Below are positions 12,014-21,563 of a stretch of 64,000 nucleotides of DNA, in pieces. A program made the translations under genes and the position numbers. Origin of the DNA: Candidatus Omnitrophota bacterium (GTDB lineage: Bacteria; Omnitrophota; Gorgyraeia; Duberdicusellales; 4484-171); NCBI GenBank assembly GCA_021735655.1, contig JAIPGM010000004.1:32001-96000 (forward strand). The letters run 5' to 3'. Below the pieces are notes generated by a model, which was not told the DNA's origin, did not search any database, and saw only the letters and a program-made list of their open reading frames with translations. Numbering within the stretch: the stretch's first letter is position 1; each line of letters begins with the position of its first letter.

Positions 12014-13323
12014 TAGCTAACCTCTTTTTTTACAAAACAACTTAAAGTCTTTTTAACCGAAATTATTGATTTAGCAATATCAGCTGAACTATGGGCAAAA
12101 GATAAAAAATTTGCCTCATATTCCGAAGGGGCAAAGTAAACCCCTTGCTCCAAAGCAGACCGATAAAATAAACTAAACAAAGCCCTGTCGGAAAACTTAA
12201 AGCTAAACATTGATCGATATCTACTTATCTTTAAATCTATACCATTAGCAACAGCATATTTACTTATCGAATCACAAAACTGCTTAGCGAACTGGTTAAT
12301 TATTTCGTAATTTTTAGCTTCCTGGTTCAAAATTCTCAAGGTTGCAATGCCGGCTTGCATAACAATTGGATTACCGGAAAAAGTTGACGCCTGATAGACC
12401 TCTCCCTGAGGAGCTAAACAATTCATAATCTTAGAGCTGCCACCGTAGGCACCAATCGGTAAACCACCACCAATAATCTTTCCTAAACAGATTAAATCAG
12501 CATTTATGCCAACAGTTTGTAAAAAAGAACCAAAGTTAAACCTAAAACCGGTAATCACCTCATCGGCGACAAGCAAACTATCATGCTTTTCAGTAATCAA
12601 CCGCAAAGCTTTCAAAAATTCTATATCCGGAAGGGTTACTCCGTAATTTCCACCGACTGGTTCAACCAAAACTGCAGCGATTGACTTACCGTACTGCTTA
12701 AAAATGCTATTCAAGGCTTCGGTATCACCATAATCAACAATTAAAGTATGTTTTATAAACTCAAGCGGTACACCTTTGCTTAAAGGAATCTGTCCGGTTG
12801 CCAAGCCCGAACCAGCTTCAGCCAATAAATAATCGGCATGGCCATGATAAGAGTTTTTGAACTTAACTATTTTATCTCTTTGAGTGTAGCCACGAGCTAG
12901 ACGAACCGCACTCATTAAGCTTTCAGTCCCTGAATTAACAAAACGGATCTTTTCGATAGCCGGGATTGCTGCGTTAATGGTTCGGGCAAGCTCAACTTCA
13001 CTTTGATGAGTTGCGCCAAAACCAAACCCTTTAGTTAATTGATTTCTAACTGCTTCAACCACTTCTGGACGAGCCTGACCCAAAATCATTGCACCAAAAG
13101 ATGAACAATAGTCAATAAACTCTCTACCTTCATAGTCGTATATCTTTGAACCATGGCCTTGCTTTAATAATACCGGTTCACCGCCGACATAGGAAAAACT
13201 CCGTACCGGACTATTCACTCCGCCAACTAAAAACTGTTTGGCTTCTTTAAACAACTGACTGTTCTCTGAGTAATATTCTTTCTTGTTCATATTTTTTTTG
13301 CCAATAAGCAATATCAGCTGCAT
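12013..13323 (-). CDS. hemL: Glutamate-1-semialdehyde 2,1-aminomutase
   Basis: Class-III aminotransferase: VADEVITGFR, GNYGVTLPDIEFL, GTFSGNP. 436 aa (true start may be an internal Met). Confidence 0.9.
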   Translation of the reverse strand: MQLILLIGKKNMNKKEYYSENSQLFKEAKQFLVGGVNSPVRSFSYVGGEPVLLKQGHGSKIYDYEGREFIDYCSSFGAMILGQARPEVVEAVRNQLTKGFGFGATHQSEVELARTINAAIPAIEKIRFVNSGTESLMSAVRLARGYTQRDKIVKFKNSYHGHADYLLAEAGSGLATGQIPLSKGVPLEFIKHTLIVDYGDTEALNSIFKQYGKSIAAVLVEPVGGNYGVTLPDIEFLKALRLITEKHDSLLVADEVITGFRFNFGSFLQTVGINADLICLGKIIGGGLPIGAYGGSSKIMNCLAPQGEVYQASTFSGNPIVMQAGIATLRILNQEAKNYEIINQFAKQFCDSISKYAVANGIDLKISRYRSMFSFKFSDRALFSLFYRSALEQGVYFAPSEYEANFLSFAHSSADIAKSIISVKKTLSCFVKKEVS

Positions 13324-14221
13324 GGTAACTGATTATATAGTCTGCTCCCGCACGCTGGATTGCTCCAATAAGTTCGAACACAAAGTCTTCCTCCGACCAA
13401 AAACCCTGTTGGGCGCCAAGCTTAGCCAAGGCATATTCACCACTTACATTGTAAACAGCTAAAGGAAAATTAAATTGCCTTTTAGCCTGAACAATTATAT
13501 CCAGATAAGCTAAAGCCGGCTTAACCATTACAATGCCTGCTCCTTCTTTGATATCTTGTCTTATCTTCTCTAGGGCAGTTTCTCGATCATGATAATCAAG
13601 TTGATAGGCTCGACGATCTCCAAAACGCGGAGCTGAATCAGCGATTTCACGAAAAGGACCATAAAATTGAGAAGCAAACTTTGCTGAATAAGCCATAATT
13701 TTAACCTGATTATAACCATTTTGATCAAGCTTATTGCGAATTGCCCGAACTTGATTCTCGGCCATTGCTGAAGGACAAACAAAATCAGCGCCAGCTTTTG
13801 CATGTAAAAGTGCCATTGCCGCAAGAGCTTTAAGAGTTAGGGTATTATCAATGGCGACTTGACCCTCCAGAACTATTCCACAATGACCATGTGAACTATA
13901 AGCACACAAGCAAATATCAGTAAAAATAGTAAAACTAGGATAACGAGACTTAATAAAACTTATAGCCTCGCAAAGAAAATAATTACTCTCCCAAGCTGAT
14001 TTTCCTCGCCAACTTTTTTGAACTGGCAGACCAAAAAGTAAAATATTCCTAATCCCAAGATGATCAAGATTAACCAGCTCATCCTTTAAGGCTTCTAAAG
14101 AATATTTAAAAACTCCTGACATTGACTTAACCTCATCGGCCGGACCTTCCTTTTCTTTTACAAACAAAGGATAGATCAACTTTGAAAGCGATAAATTAAA
14201 CTTATTACTTTCTTTTATCAT
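13247..14221 (-). CDS. hemB: Porphobilinogen synthase (delta-aminolevulinate dehydratase)
   Basis: 324 aa. Active-site region ...VKPALAYLDII..., metal-Cys cluster DICLCAYSSHGHCG. Confidence 0.9.
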   Translation of the reverse strand: MIKESNKFNLSLSKLIYPLFVKEKEGPADEVKSMSGVFKYSLEALKDELVNLDHLGIRNILLFGLPVQKSWRGKSAWESNYFLCEAISFIKSRYPSFTIFTDICLCAYSSHGHCGIVLEGQVAIDNTLTLKALAAMALLHAKAGADFVCPSAMAENQVRAIRNKLDQNGYNQVKIMAYSAKFASQFYGPFREIADSAPRFGDRRAYQLDYHDRETALEKIRQDIKEGAGIVMVKPALAYLDIIVQAKRQFNFPLAVYNVSGEYALAKLGAQQGFWSEEDFVFELIGAIQRAGADYIISYHAADIAYWQKKYEQERILLREQSVV

Positions 14222-14954
14222 TTCTAAATTGCCTCACTCTCTCTCTAACTACTTCACCAACGATTAAAACCGCCGGTGGTTTAATTTTCGATTTTTTAGA
14301 TCTTTTTTCAATAGTTCCTATTGTTGCCTGTAAAATCCGCGACTTTTTTGTAGTTGCCCGTTCAATAAAAGCGCAAGGTACTGTATCTTTTCGACCGGAC
14401 TTGCGCAAAGCTTTAACTACATTTCCAATATTAGCTACGGCCATAAGATAAACTAAGGTTTCACAATCAGGGGCATCTATCAAAGCTTTTTTGTCTTTCT
14501 TTCTGCCAGTTAAAATGGCCACCGATGAAATTCGATTTTTTATTGTAAGCGGGATTTCAGCACTTAAAGGCCCTGCCAAAGCTGAAGTTATCCCGGGAAT
14601 AATTTCGTAGTTAACTTTTTTTAAATTAAGATACCTTGCTTCCTCAGCTCCCCGGCTAAAAATAAAAGGGTCCCCCCCTTTAAGCCGAACTACCGTTTTA
14701 AAAGCCAAGGACTTCTTGTATAAAAGCCGATTGATTTGGTTTTGCTCTTTTAAATGTAAACCGTCACTTTTACCAACACAAATCTTCTCACAAGACGGTT
14801 GAACTTCTCTTAATAATTCCGGAGCCGATAAAAAATCATAAAGAACACAATCGGCTGTACGAAGAGCCCTGACTCCCTTTAGGCTAATCAATTCAGGATC
14901 TCCTGGTCCAGCTCCAACTATATATACTTTTCCTTTATTATTGTTAATTGACAT
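14205..14954 (-). CDS. cobA: Uroporphyrinogen-III C-methyltransferase (SUMT; siroheme/precorrin-2 synthesis)
   Basis: VYIVGAGPGDPELISLKG TP-methylase N-terminus. 249 aa, no fused HemD domain. Confidence 0.85.
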   Translation of the reverse strand: MSINNNKGKVYIVGAGPGDPELISLKGVRALRTADCVLYDFLSAPELLREVQPSCEKICVGKSDGLHLKEQNQINRLLYKKSLAFKTVVRLKGGDPFIFSRGAEEARYLNLKKVNYEIIPGITSALAGPLSAEIPLTIKNRISSVAILTGRKKDKKALIDAPDCETLVYLMAVANIGNVVKALRKSGRKDTVPCAFIERATTKKSRILQATIGTIEKRSKKSKIKPPAVLIVGEVVRERVRQFRNDKRK

Positions 14955-15600
14955 TTAGCCTCCGAATGATTTCCAATAAATCATCCCTTTTTCTAAATAG
15001 CTGAATTGCCAAACGGCCCTGTAAATGGTGTGGTTCAATAATACTAAAAGGAATAATTTGTGAAATGCGTTTTTCTAATCCCAAACGGATTAGAGCTGCC
15101 TTAGCCATAACAACTGCGTCATATTTTCCGCAATCAACTTGGGCCAAGCGTTCTTCAATGTCACCACGAATATCCAAAGCAACTAAATCCTCTCGATAAT
15201 TTAAAATTGCTTGTTTGCGATTTTTGCTACTGGTACCTATTCGAGATCCCTTGGGCAGCGTATCTAAGGTAAAGTTGCCACGAACGACCAAACAATCGGC
15301 CCGGCTTATAGATTTGGTTAGCGCCGCCACTATCAAACTTTTAGGGATTTCATCTTCTAGATCCTTTGCACTATGCACAGCAAGATCTATTTCACCACTC
15401 AATAAAGCTGCTTCAATTTCATAGGTAAAAAAATCACTCCCTTCCTTAAAAGCCAAAGGTGTCTTTTTATCTTTATCCCCTTTAGTCTTAATTACAACAA
15501 CCTCAAAGTTAAAAAACGGCAAAAGCTGTTTAACTTCCTCAACCTGTTTAAGCGCTAACGAACTCGGCCGAGTTCCTATTTTGATATAGCGAATCATCAA
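14944..15600 (-). CDS. hemC: Hydroxymethylbilane synthase (porphobilinogen deaminase), domains 1-2 only
   Basis: IKIGTRPSSLALKQ N-terminus, ends ...QGRLAIQLFRKRDD. 218 aa versus about 300 aa typical; the C-terminal domain 3 with the cofactor Cys is absent. Confidence 0.75.
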   Translation of the reverse strand: MMIRYIKIGTRPSSLALKQVEEVKQLLPFFNFEVVVIKTKGDKDKKTPLAFKEGSDFFTYEIEAALLSGEIDLAVHSAKDLEDEIPKSLIVAALTKSISRADCLVVRGNFTLDTLPKGSRIGTSSKNRKQAILNYREDLVALDIRGDIEERLAQVDCGKYDAVVMAKAALIRLGLEKRISQIIPFSIIEPHHLQGRLAIQLFRKRDDLLEIIRRLNVN

Positions 15601-16561
15601 TCTGCCTCCTAATAGCTAACACCTGTTCTTCTATGGCCGCTTCAGCTAATTTTACATAGCTGCTCATAGATTGATTATGTCTTTTGCAAAGATCACTTAA
15701 CGAATCAAGGTTTTTTAAAAAAACGCCTGGAATTTTTGTCAACTCAAAATCTATATCTCGCGGTAAAGCTAAATCATAAACATAAAGTGGCTTTTTACGC
15801 AACCGAATAACCTTGACTAATAACTTGCTACTCAGCACCTGGTGAGGGCTTGAAGTTGCACTCACTAAACAATCTGCCCCTAAAAGCTCTTCTGATAAAT
15901 TATCTAGTAGAAAAACTTTGGCAGAATTTTTCCTAGCTAGACTTTGAGCCTTTTTTATCTTCTTTTTAGCGAAAAAATATAGTTCGAGATCAGTAAATTT
16001 ACTTTCTGAAAACATCTTAGCTATTTTTCCAGTACCGACAATAAGCACTTTTTTCTTACTAGCTAATCCGGTATTAAAAATAAGATCTTCTAAAACAATC
16101 TCGGAAATATTGTTTTCGTTACCGAATAAATCTAGCTGTTGACGTAAATCGTAGCTCGAAGTTAAAACTCCTCGCCAAAGATTCTTAATTGGCCAAGAAA
16201 AACTATCCCTCCTAACCCAAGAATCTAATTGCTCAAGAATTTGCCTTTCTCCGACAATTTGTGACTCAAGACCGCAAGCCAACCTCAAAGCTTTACGGAT
16301 AACACCCTGTGTATCCTGTATAAAGTGGGCTTTTTCAAAAATCGGATGGAACTGGCTCTTAAAATTTGCAATATCTTTTATTAATAGCTCTGTGTTTTCA
16401 GCAAGACCATAAATTTCTACTCGATTGCAAGTAAATAGCACCTCGGATTCAAAAACTGATTCTTTCCAGAACCGTACAATCTGATCACGCCGCAGGCAAG
16501 CATGTTCCCTTAGCGATAAAGGTGTATTCTTATAGTCTATTGCGATAGAGTAAAAATTCAT
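15548..16561 (-). CDS. hemA: Glutamyl-tRNA reductase
   Basis: FTCNRVEIY catalytic Cys block, GERQILEQ, NADP-binding VLIVGTGKIAKM. 337 aa (short C-terminus). Confidence 0.8.
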   Translation of the reverse strand: MNFYSIAIDYKNTPLSLREHACLRRDQIVRFWKESVFESEVLFTCNRVEIYGLAENTELLIKDIANFKSQFHPIFEKAHFIQDTQGVIRKALRLACGLESQIVGERQILEQLDSWVRRDSFSWPIKNLWRGVLTSSYDLRQQLDLFGNENNISEIVLEDLIFNTGLASKKKVLIVGTGKIAKMFSESKFTDLELYFFAKKKIKKAQSLARKNSAKVFLLDNLSEELLGADCLVSATSSPHQVLSSKLLVKVIRLRKKPLYVYDLALPRDIDFELTKIPGVFLKNLDSLSDLCKRHNQSMSSYVKLAEAAIEEQVLAIRRQIDDSLYQNRNSAEFVSA

Positions 16562-17003
16562 CCCACTTCTCCTTGAGATAATTTTTTAAATCTCGGGATA
16601 AAACCGGATCCTTGCCATCAGTATACACTGCGATTAAAGCTTTTTCCGTTCGCAGAACAGCTGGTGAAATAAAATCACTCAAAAGAGGTTTGTCTACAAC
16701 ATTAACTGAAATGCCCTTGACTTTAGCCCAATTGCTCACCTGTTCATTTAGGAAAGAATCATCGGTTGCCGAGATAACTAAAGTTGCTCCGAAGATGTCT
16801 GATTCTTTAGCTTTGCGCTCCAACCATTCAATAGCCCCCTGCTTGGCTAACTCTCTTAACTCTACTGTGACTTTAGGCGCAATCAGAGTAATTCTGGCTT
16901 CAGCCAAAAGCAAAGCCTCAATTTTACGCTGGCCTACTTTACCACCGCCAACCACGATGGCTTTCTTGTTTTTAATTTTAAGCGCAACTGGTAAATAATT
17001 CAT
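16530..17003 (-). CDS. sirC: Precorrin-2 dehydrogenase / sirohydrochlorin ferrochelatase-type Rossmann domain (SirC/CysG N-terminal domain-like)
   Basis: 157 aa; AIVVGGGKVGQRKIEALLLAEARITLIAP NAD-binding fold typical of the siroheme synthase N-terminal domain. Confidence 0.65.
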   Translation of the reverse strand: MNYLPVALKIKNKKAIVVGGGKVGQRKIEALLLAEARITLIAPKVTVELRELAKQGAIEWLERKAKESDIFGATLVISATDDSFLNEQVSNWAKVKGISVNVVDKPLLSDFISPAVLRTEKALIAVYTDGKDPVLSRDLKNYLKEKWDEFLLYRNRL

Positions 17004-17015
17004 AAACTCTTTAAC

Positions 17016-17741
17016 TTATATCCCATCTCCGTCTAAATTAGACTTTAACGGCCGAGTGTGGATTCCACACTCACCACCGCATTTGCTAGTTCCAATCCAA
17101 CGTCCGGCCCGCTCATTGTCGTCATTAGTGATTCTGGTGCAAGGAGAGCAACCTAAAGAACGATAACCCTCCTTATAAAGAGGGTTCACCTTAACTTCAT
17201 ATAAGGCTAAATACTGCCAAACTTCTCTTTCTTTCCAAATGAGAATCGGATTAAGTTTTATCAATCCTTTATCGCGTTCCTCAACTTCCTTGTAATCGGT
17301 CCGGGTTCGACCCTCAGTACAACGCAATCCAGTAACCCAACAGGTAACTTTCATCTCATCCACCGCTCTCTTCACCGGCTCAACCTTTAAAACCTCACAA
17401 CATTGATCAGGATCAACATTGTATAATTCGGGCGATATCTCTGAATCATTCTTATATACTGCCAATTCCGGATAACGGACAACTTCTTGATTCATAAACT
17501 CAACTGTTTCTTTGGGCTTGAACCGAGTGGTTACAATAAACCCTTTTATTTTTGGGTCAACCTTCTTTGCCAAATCCCAAACCACAACTGAATCCTTACC
17601 TAAACTGTTAGCAACAACCAGGCCATCACCATATTTATCATATGCTTCTCTTATAAGTTGTAAGGATCGATCCACCTTTTGCTTAAAATTTAAAGTTTCA
17701 ACCAATACTTTCAAATCGTCTTGTGTGCCTAACAAACTCAT
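17016..17741 (-). CDS. cysH: Adenylyl-sulfate (APS) reductase, thioredoxin-dependent, Fe-S type
   Basis: PAPS_reduct fold (SLGKDSVVVWDL). CC...CxxC Fe-S cysteines (DQCCEV, GCSPCT). C-terminal catalytic KCGGECGIH like the ECGLH motif. Confidence 0.8.
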   Translation of the reverse strand: MSLLGTQDDLKVLVETLNFKQKVDRSLQLIREAYDKYGDGLVVANSLGKDSVVVWDLAKKVDPKIKGFIVTTRFKPKETVEFMNQEVVRYPELAVYKNDSEISPELYNVDPDQCCEVLKVEPVKRAVDEMKVTCWVTGLRCTEGRTRTDYKEVEERDKGLIKLNPILIWKEREVWQYLALYEVKVNPLYKEGYRSLGCSPCTRITNDDNERAGRWIGTSKCGGECGIHTRPLKSNLDGDGI

Positions 17742-17788
17742 TTTTCCCCTCCTTCAATGATACTAACCCTTAAAATGAGTTAGTTAAA

Positions 17789-18010
17789 TTAGATTTGATA
17801 CTCTATTTCCTTAATTCTTCCGAATTTTACCTTATTCCAAATTCGTTCATGTATATAGTAAAGGAATATCTTTACTGTATTTGCGGCAATGCCCACTACC
17901 AATGACTCTTTAACGTCTTTGGTATAAATATAGATAGCAATTATCGTAGTCAAAAAAGCAATTACCCGCCAAGTTAAAGATTTGACTAAAGATCGTTTTG
18001 GATGTTCCAT
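17789..18010 (-). CDS. Small 2-TM membrane protein (DUF2061-like)
   Basis: 73 aa, SLTWRVIAFLTTIIAIYIY... Directly upstream of cysH on the same strand. Confidence 0.45.
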   Translation of the reverse strand: MEHPKRSLVKSLTWRVIAFLTTIIAIYIYTKDVKESLVVGIAANTVKIFLYYIHERIWNKVKFGRIKEIEYQI

Positions 18011-18210
18011 TTACTCACTAAATAGTATAAAAATGTATTTTATACACTACCTATTCTATCAAAATACTAGCTAATACTTTCAAAAAATATAGGCGCACAA
18101 ACGCCTTTTTTAATCACTATCAATGCAATCTCTTTGATAGAGATTAAAATATACCATATTATTAAGAATTGTCAAGGATAAATTTTAAGTTTTTTAAACC
18201 TTGTTTCTAG

Positions 18211-18238
18211 TTGCTAAGTAGCCCAAATATGGTATTAT
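18211..18238 (+). promoter_or_regulatory. Candidate sigma70-type promoter for the thi operon (TTGCTA-16 bp-TATTAT)
   Basis: TTGCTA at 18211-18216 and TATTAT at 18233-18238, about 33 nt upstream of the thiE ATG at 18271. Confidence 0.3.
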
Positions 18239-18270
18239 TAAGGATAATAATCAAAATTAACCCCTGGGGA

Positions 18271-18924
18271 ATGAAGAGCATTAGCAATTACAACTTATAT
18301 TTAGTTACTGGTGAGCAACGCTCAGCTACAAAAAAAACCCTAGAAGTAGTGAGGTTAGCCATTAACGGCGGGGCAAATATTATCCAGCTACGTGATAAAA
18401 ATATGGCCCGGTCTGAGCTAGTCAGCTTAGGAAAAAAACTCTCGACATTAGCTAAGAGTAAGAATATAGTATTTATTGTTAACGACGACCCGGATTTAGC
18501 CGCTGAGCTAGATGCTGACGGAGTGCACCTAGGACAAACTGACATAGAAAAATACTCGGTAGAAAAAACAAGAAAACTAATCGGTAGGAATAAAATTATT
18601 GGCCTATCAACCCATTCCCTAGAACAAATAGAACAAGCTAATAAGCTTGATATTAATTACATTGCCTTTGGACCATTATTTGAAACTAAAACTAAAAACT
18701 ACTCAATTGGAACTAGAGATTTAACTAAAGCTTTATCGTTATCAAAATTTCCTTTAGTTTGTATTGGTGGTATAAACTCAAATAATATCGAAGAAGTTTT
18801 AAAGCTGGGCGCAACTAATATTGCTATGATTCGAGAAATTACTGAAAGTCAAGATATAGAAAAAAAAGTGAAACAGCTAAAAAGCCTGATAACCAAATAT
18901 AAAAAAAATGCAGATAACAATTAA
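18271..18924 (+). CDS. thiE: Thiamine-phosphate synthase
   Basis: Start chosen at the internal ATG (MKSISNYNLYLVTGEQ...), preceded by a GGGGAA RBS; the track ORF starts earlier at 18211. TMP-TENI fold blocks GANIIQLRDK and VHLGQTD. Confidence 0.85.
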   Translation: MKSISNYNLYLVTGEQRSATKKTLEVVRLAINGGANIIQLRDKNMARSELVSLGKKLSTLAKSKNIVFIVNDDPDLAAELDADGVHLGQTDIEKYSVEKTRKLIGRNKIIGLSTHSLEQIEQANKLDINYIAFGPLFETKTKNYSIGTRDLTKALSLSKFPLVCIGGINSNNIEEVLKLGATNIAMIREITESQDIEKKVKQLKSLITKYKKNADNN

Positions 18925-19108
18925 CGGGAAAAAAGAAATTATCGATAACCCTAAATCTCTCCTTGAGCTTATCGGTGAAAAAAAACTAAATAAAGAAAAA
19001 ATGGTAGTTGAGTTAAATCTCAAGATTATTCCCCGTGACAATCTTAAAAGTACTCAAATTCAAGAAGGAGATTCAATTGAATTTGTTAGCTTCGTAGGAG
19101 GAGGTTAA
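18908..19108 (+). CDS. thiS: Sulfur-carrier protein ThiS
   Basis: 66 aa ubiquitin-like protein ending in GG(G). Confidence 0.7.
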   Translation: MQITINGKKEIIDNPKSLLELIGEKKLNKEKMVVELNLKIIPRDNLKSTQIQEGDSIEFVSFVGGG

Positions 19109-19882
19109 ATGTCGGATTCATTAATAATCGCCGGACAAGAAATCAAAAACCGCCTTTTCGTGGGGACCGGTAAGTTTCCCAACAAACCAATCATAAAGGA
19201 AGTTTTAGAACAGGCTAAAACAGAAGTTGCAACCGTTGCTTTGCGCCGAATTGACCTAGAATCAAAAGAAGATAATATTCTTGATTACATTCCAACTAAC
19301 TGCACAGTTATGACTAACACCTCTGGTGCAAGAAACGCCCAGGAAGCAATCCGTATTGCTAGATTGAGTAAAGCTGCTGGCTGTGGAAATTGGATAAAAC
19401 TAGAGGTAATCGCCGACAATAAACACCTCCTGCCTGACAATCTAGAAACTTTAAAAGCTACTGAAGTTTTAGCCAAAGAAGGTTTTATAGTCCTGCCCTA
19501 TATGAGCCCTGATTTATCAGTAGCTAAAAAATTGATCGAGGTCGGAGCTGCTGCAGTTATGCCACTGGGCTCACCAATCGGCTCAAAACGCGGAGTAAAA
19601 ACTGCGGAATTAGTCAAAATTCTAATTAAAGAAATTGCTGAACCAATTATCGTTGACGCTGGAATTGGTTATCCATCAGAAGCAGCTTACTGTATGGAAC
19701 TAGGCTGTGCGGCGGTCTTAGTTAATACGGCCATAGCCACTGCCAAAGATCCGGTTAAAATGGCTGAAAGCTTCAACTTGGCAGTCCGTGCCGGCCGCCT
19801 GTCTTATCTTAACGCAACTAAAAGCTCTGGACAGGCATCAGCATCTTCTCCGCTTACCGGTTTCCTGCAAACAAGTGAATAG
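19109..19882 (+). CDS. thiG: Thiazole synthase
   Basis: 257 aa; [22 protein letters not shown] (ThiG Schiff-base/TIM-barrel blocks). Confidence 0.9.
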   Translation: MSDSLIIAGQEIKNRLFVGTGKFPNKPIIKEVLEQAKTEVATVALRRIDLESKEDNILDYIPTNCTVMTNTSGARNAQEAIRIARLSKAAGCGNWIKLEVIADNKHLLPDNLETLKATEVLAKEGFIVLPYMSPDLSVAKKLIEVGAAAVMPLGSPIGSKRGVKTAELVKILIKEIAEPIIVDAGIGYPSEAAYCMELGCAAVLVNTAIATAKDPVKMAESFNLAVRAGRLSYLNATKSSGQASASSPLTGFLQTSE

Positions 19883-19884
19883 CT

Positions 19885-20955
19885 ATGAGTTTTTATAATA
19901 TTTATCACAAATACAAAAACTGCTCCTTTGAAGAACTACCCAACCAAGAGCTAACCAAGCTTCTTTCTCTTGAGGCTGAAAAATCTTTAGAAGCAATGGC
20001 TCAAAAAGCCAAAACTTTGACCTTGCAGAATTTCGGAAAAACAATTAGCCTCTATACCCCACTCTACCTATCAAACTATTGCGAGAATGAATGCCTTTAC
20101 TGCGGATTCAATGCAAACAATAAAATTCCAAGAAGGAAACTAAAAATTGATGAGCTAAAAAAAGAAGCTAAATTCATCGCTAAGACCGGCCTGCAACACA
20201 TACTAATTCTTACTGGCGAATCGAAAAAGCTAAGCCCACTCTCCTACATAAAAGAATCTGTAAAAATACTAAATAAATTATTTAGTTCAATATCAATTGA
20301 AATTTACCCCTTAAGTCAAACAGAATATAAAGAACTTATCGCCGCGGGTGTCGACGGTCTAACAATTTATCAAGAGGTATATTCTCAATCAGAATACAAA
20401 AAACTCCATCCGGCTGGTCCAAAACAAGATTATCAATTTAGACTCGATGCTCCAGAAAGGGCTGCCCGAGCCGGTATACGTACCATTAACATCGGAAGCC
20501 TGCTAGGGCTAGCTCCTTGGCGAAAAGAAGCTTTTTTCATGCTAAAGCATGCTGAATACCTGCAAAATAAATACCCAGAAATAGAAATGAGCATTTCCTT
20601 ACCGCGGCTAAGACCTCAATTTAATAACTTTCAAACTCCTTATGAGGTAAGTGATAAAAACATCGTCCAAATAATTACTGCCGCCAGGATATTTATGCCA
20701 CGCTTAGGAATTACCCTATCAACCCGGGAAAATTCTCAGCTTCGCAATAACCTAATTAAATTAGGCATAACTAAAATGAGCGCTGGTTCAACCACTGCTG
20801 TCGGCGGTCATACTTTGGAAAAAACTTACATTAAAAATTCACTCCAGTTTGAAATTTCTGACAAACGAGATGTTTCTCAAATCAAAATAATGTTGCTTAA
20901 AGAAGGATACCAACCAGTGCTAAAGGACTGGGTCGGAGCACTGCAAAATGAATAA
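19885..20955 (+). CDS. thiH: 2-iminoacetate synthase (tyrosine lyase), radical SAM
   Basis: [10 protein letters not shown] radical-SAM cluster motif; 356 aa; thiS-thiG-thiH-thiF context. Confidence 0.8.
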   Translation: MSFYNIYHKYKNCSFEELPNQELTKLLSLEAEKSLEAMAQKAKTLTLQNFGKTISLYTPLYLSNYCENECLYCGFNANNKIPRRKLKIDELKKEAKFIAKTGLQHILILTGESKKLSPLSYIKESVKILNKLFSSISIEIYPLSQTEYKELIAAGVDGLTIYQEVYSQSEYKKLHPAGPKQDYQFRLDAPERAARAGIRTINIGSLLGLAPWRKEAFFMLKHAEYLQNKYPEIEMSISLPRLRPQFNNFQTPYEVSDKNIVQIITAARIFMPRLGITLSTRENSQLRNNLIKLGITKMSAGSTTAVGGHTLEKTYIKNSLQFEISDKRDVSQIKIMLLKEGYQPVLKDWVGALQNE

Positions 20956-21559
20956 CTTTGAAAAAGAAATCATTAAGTACTTTGGTAAAGATCAATTTAA
21001 AAAAATTCAATCAGTAACCATCGGCATTGCTGGGCTTGGTGGCCTTGGCTCAAACTGCAGCCATAATCTTATCCGCTGCGGTTTTAAAAAACTAATAATT
21101 GTTGATTTTGATAAGGTTGAGCTTTCAAATTTAAACCGCCAATTTTACTTCTTAAATCAAATAGGCAAGCGCAAAGTTGATGCCCTTAAAGAAAATCTGC
21201 TTAAAATTAACCCCGACATCAAAATCACGACTTATTGTGAAAAATTAGAAAAAAACAACCTAAAAAATATTTTTAAAGGTTGTTCTATTATCATTGAAGC
21301 TTTCGATAAAGCCGAATACAAAAGCTTAATCGTTGAAACTTTCCTCCCTACCGATAAGTTTATTGTTTCGGCCTCAGGCTTAGCCGGATATGGAAAAAGT
21401 GATGAAATAAAAATTCACCGCCTAAGAAAAAATCTGGCTATTGTTGGTGACCTTAAGTCCGAAGCCAGCCAAGACTTGCCACCGCTTTCTCCACGGGTAA
21501 ATATTGCGGCAGCTAAACAAGCTGATGTGGTATTAAACTATATATTAAAAAACATTTAA
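20948..21559 (+). CDS. thiF: ThiF/MoeB-family E1-like adenylyltransferase
   Basis: [10 protein letters not shown] nucleotide-binding loop. 203 aa. Confidence 0.75.
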   Translation: MNNFEKEIIKYFGKDQFKKIQSVTIGIAGLGGLGSNCSHNLIRCGFKKLIIVDFDKVELSNLNRQFYFLNQIGKRKVDALKENLLKINPDIKITTYCEKLEKNNLKNIFKGCSIIIEAFDKAEYKSLIVETFLPTDKFIVSASGLAGYGKSDEIKIHRLRKNLAIVGDLKSEASQDLPPLSPRVNIAAAKQADVVLNYILKNI

Positions 21560-21563
21560 TATC

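Noticed and set aside
13570-13824. 84-aa minus-strand ORF within hemB in another frame
   Set aside because: It lies entirely inside the hemB coding region in another frame, so it is a frame artefact.
18011-18270. TPP riboswitch upstream of thiE
   Set aside because: I looked for the conserved CTGAGA and pyrimidine-sensor helix motifs on the plus strand and found none; only a generic hairpin is present. Reported as an absence, not as a feature.
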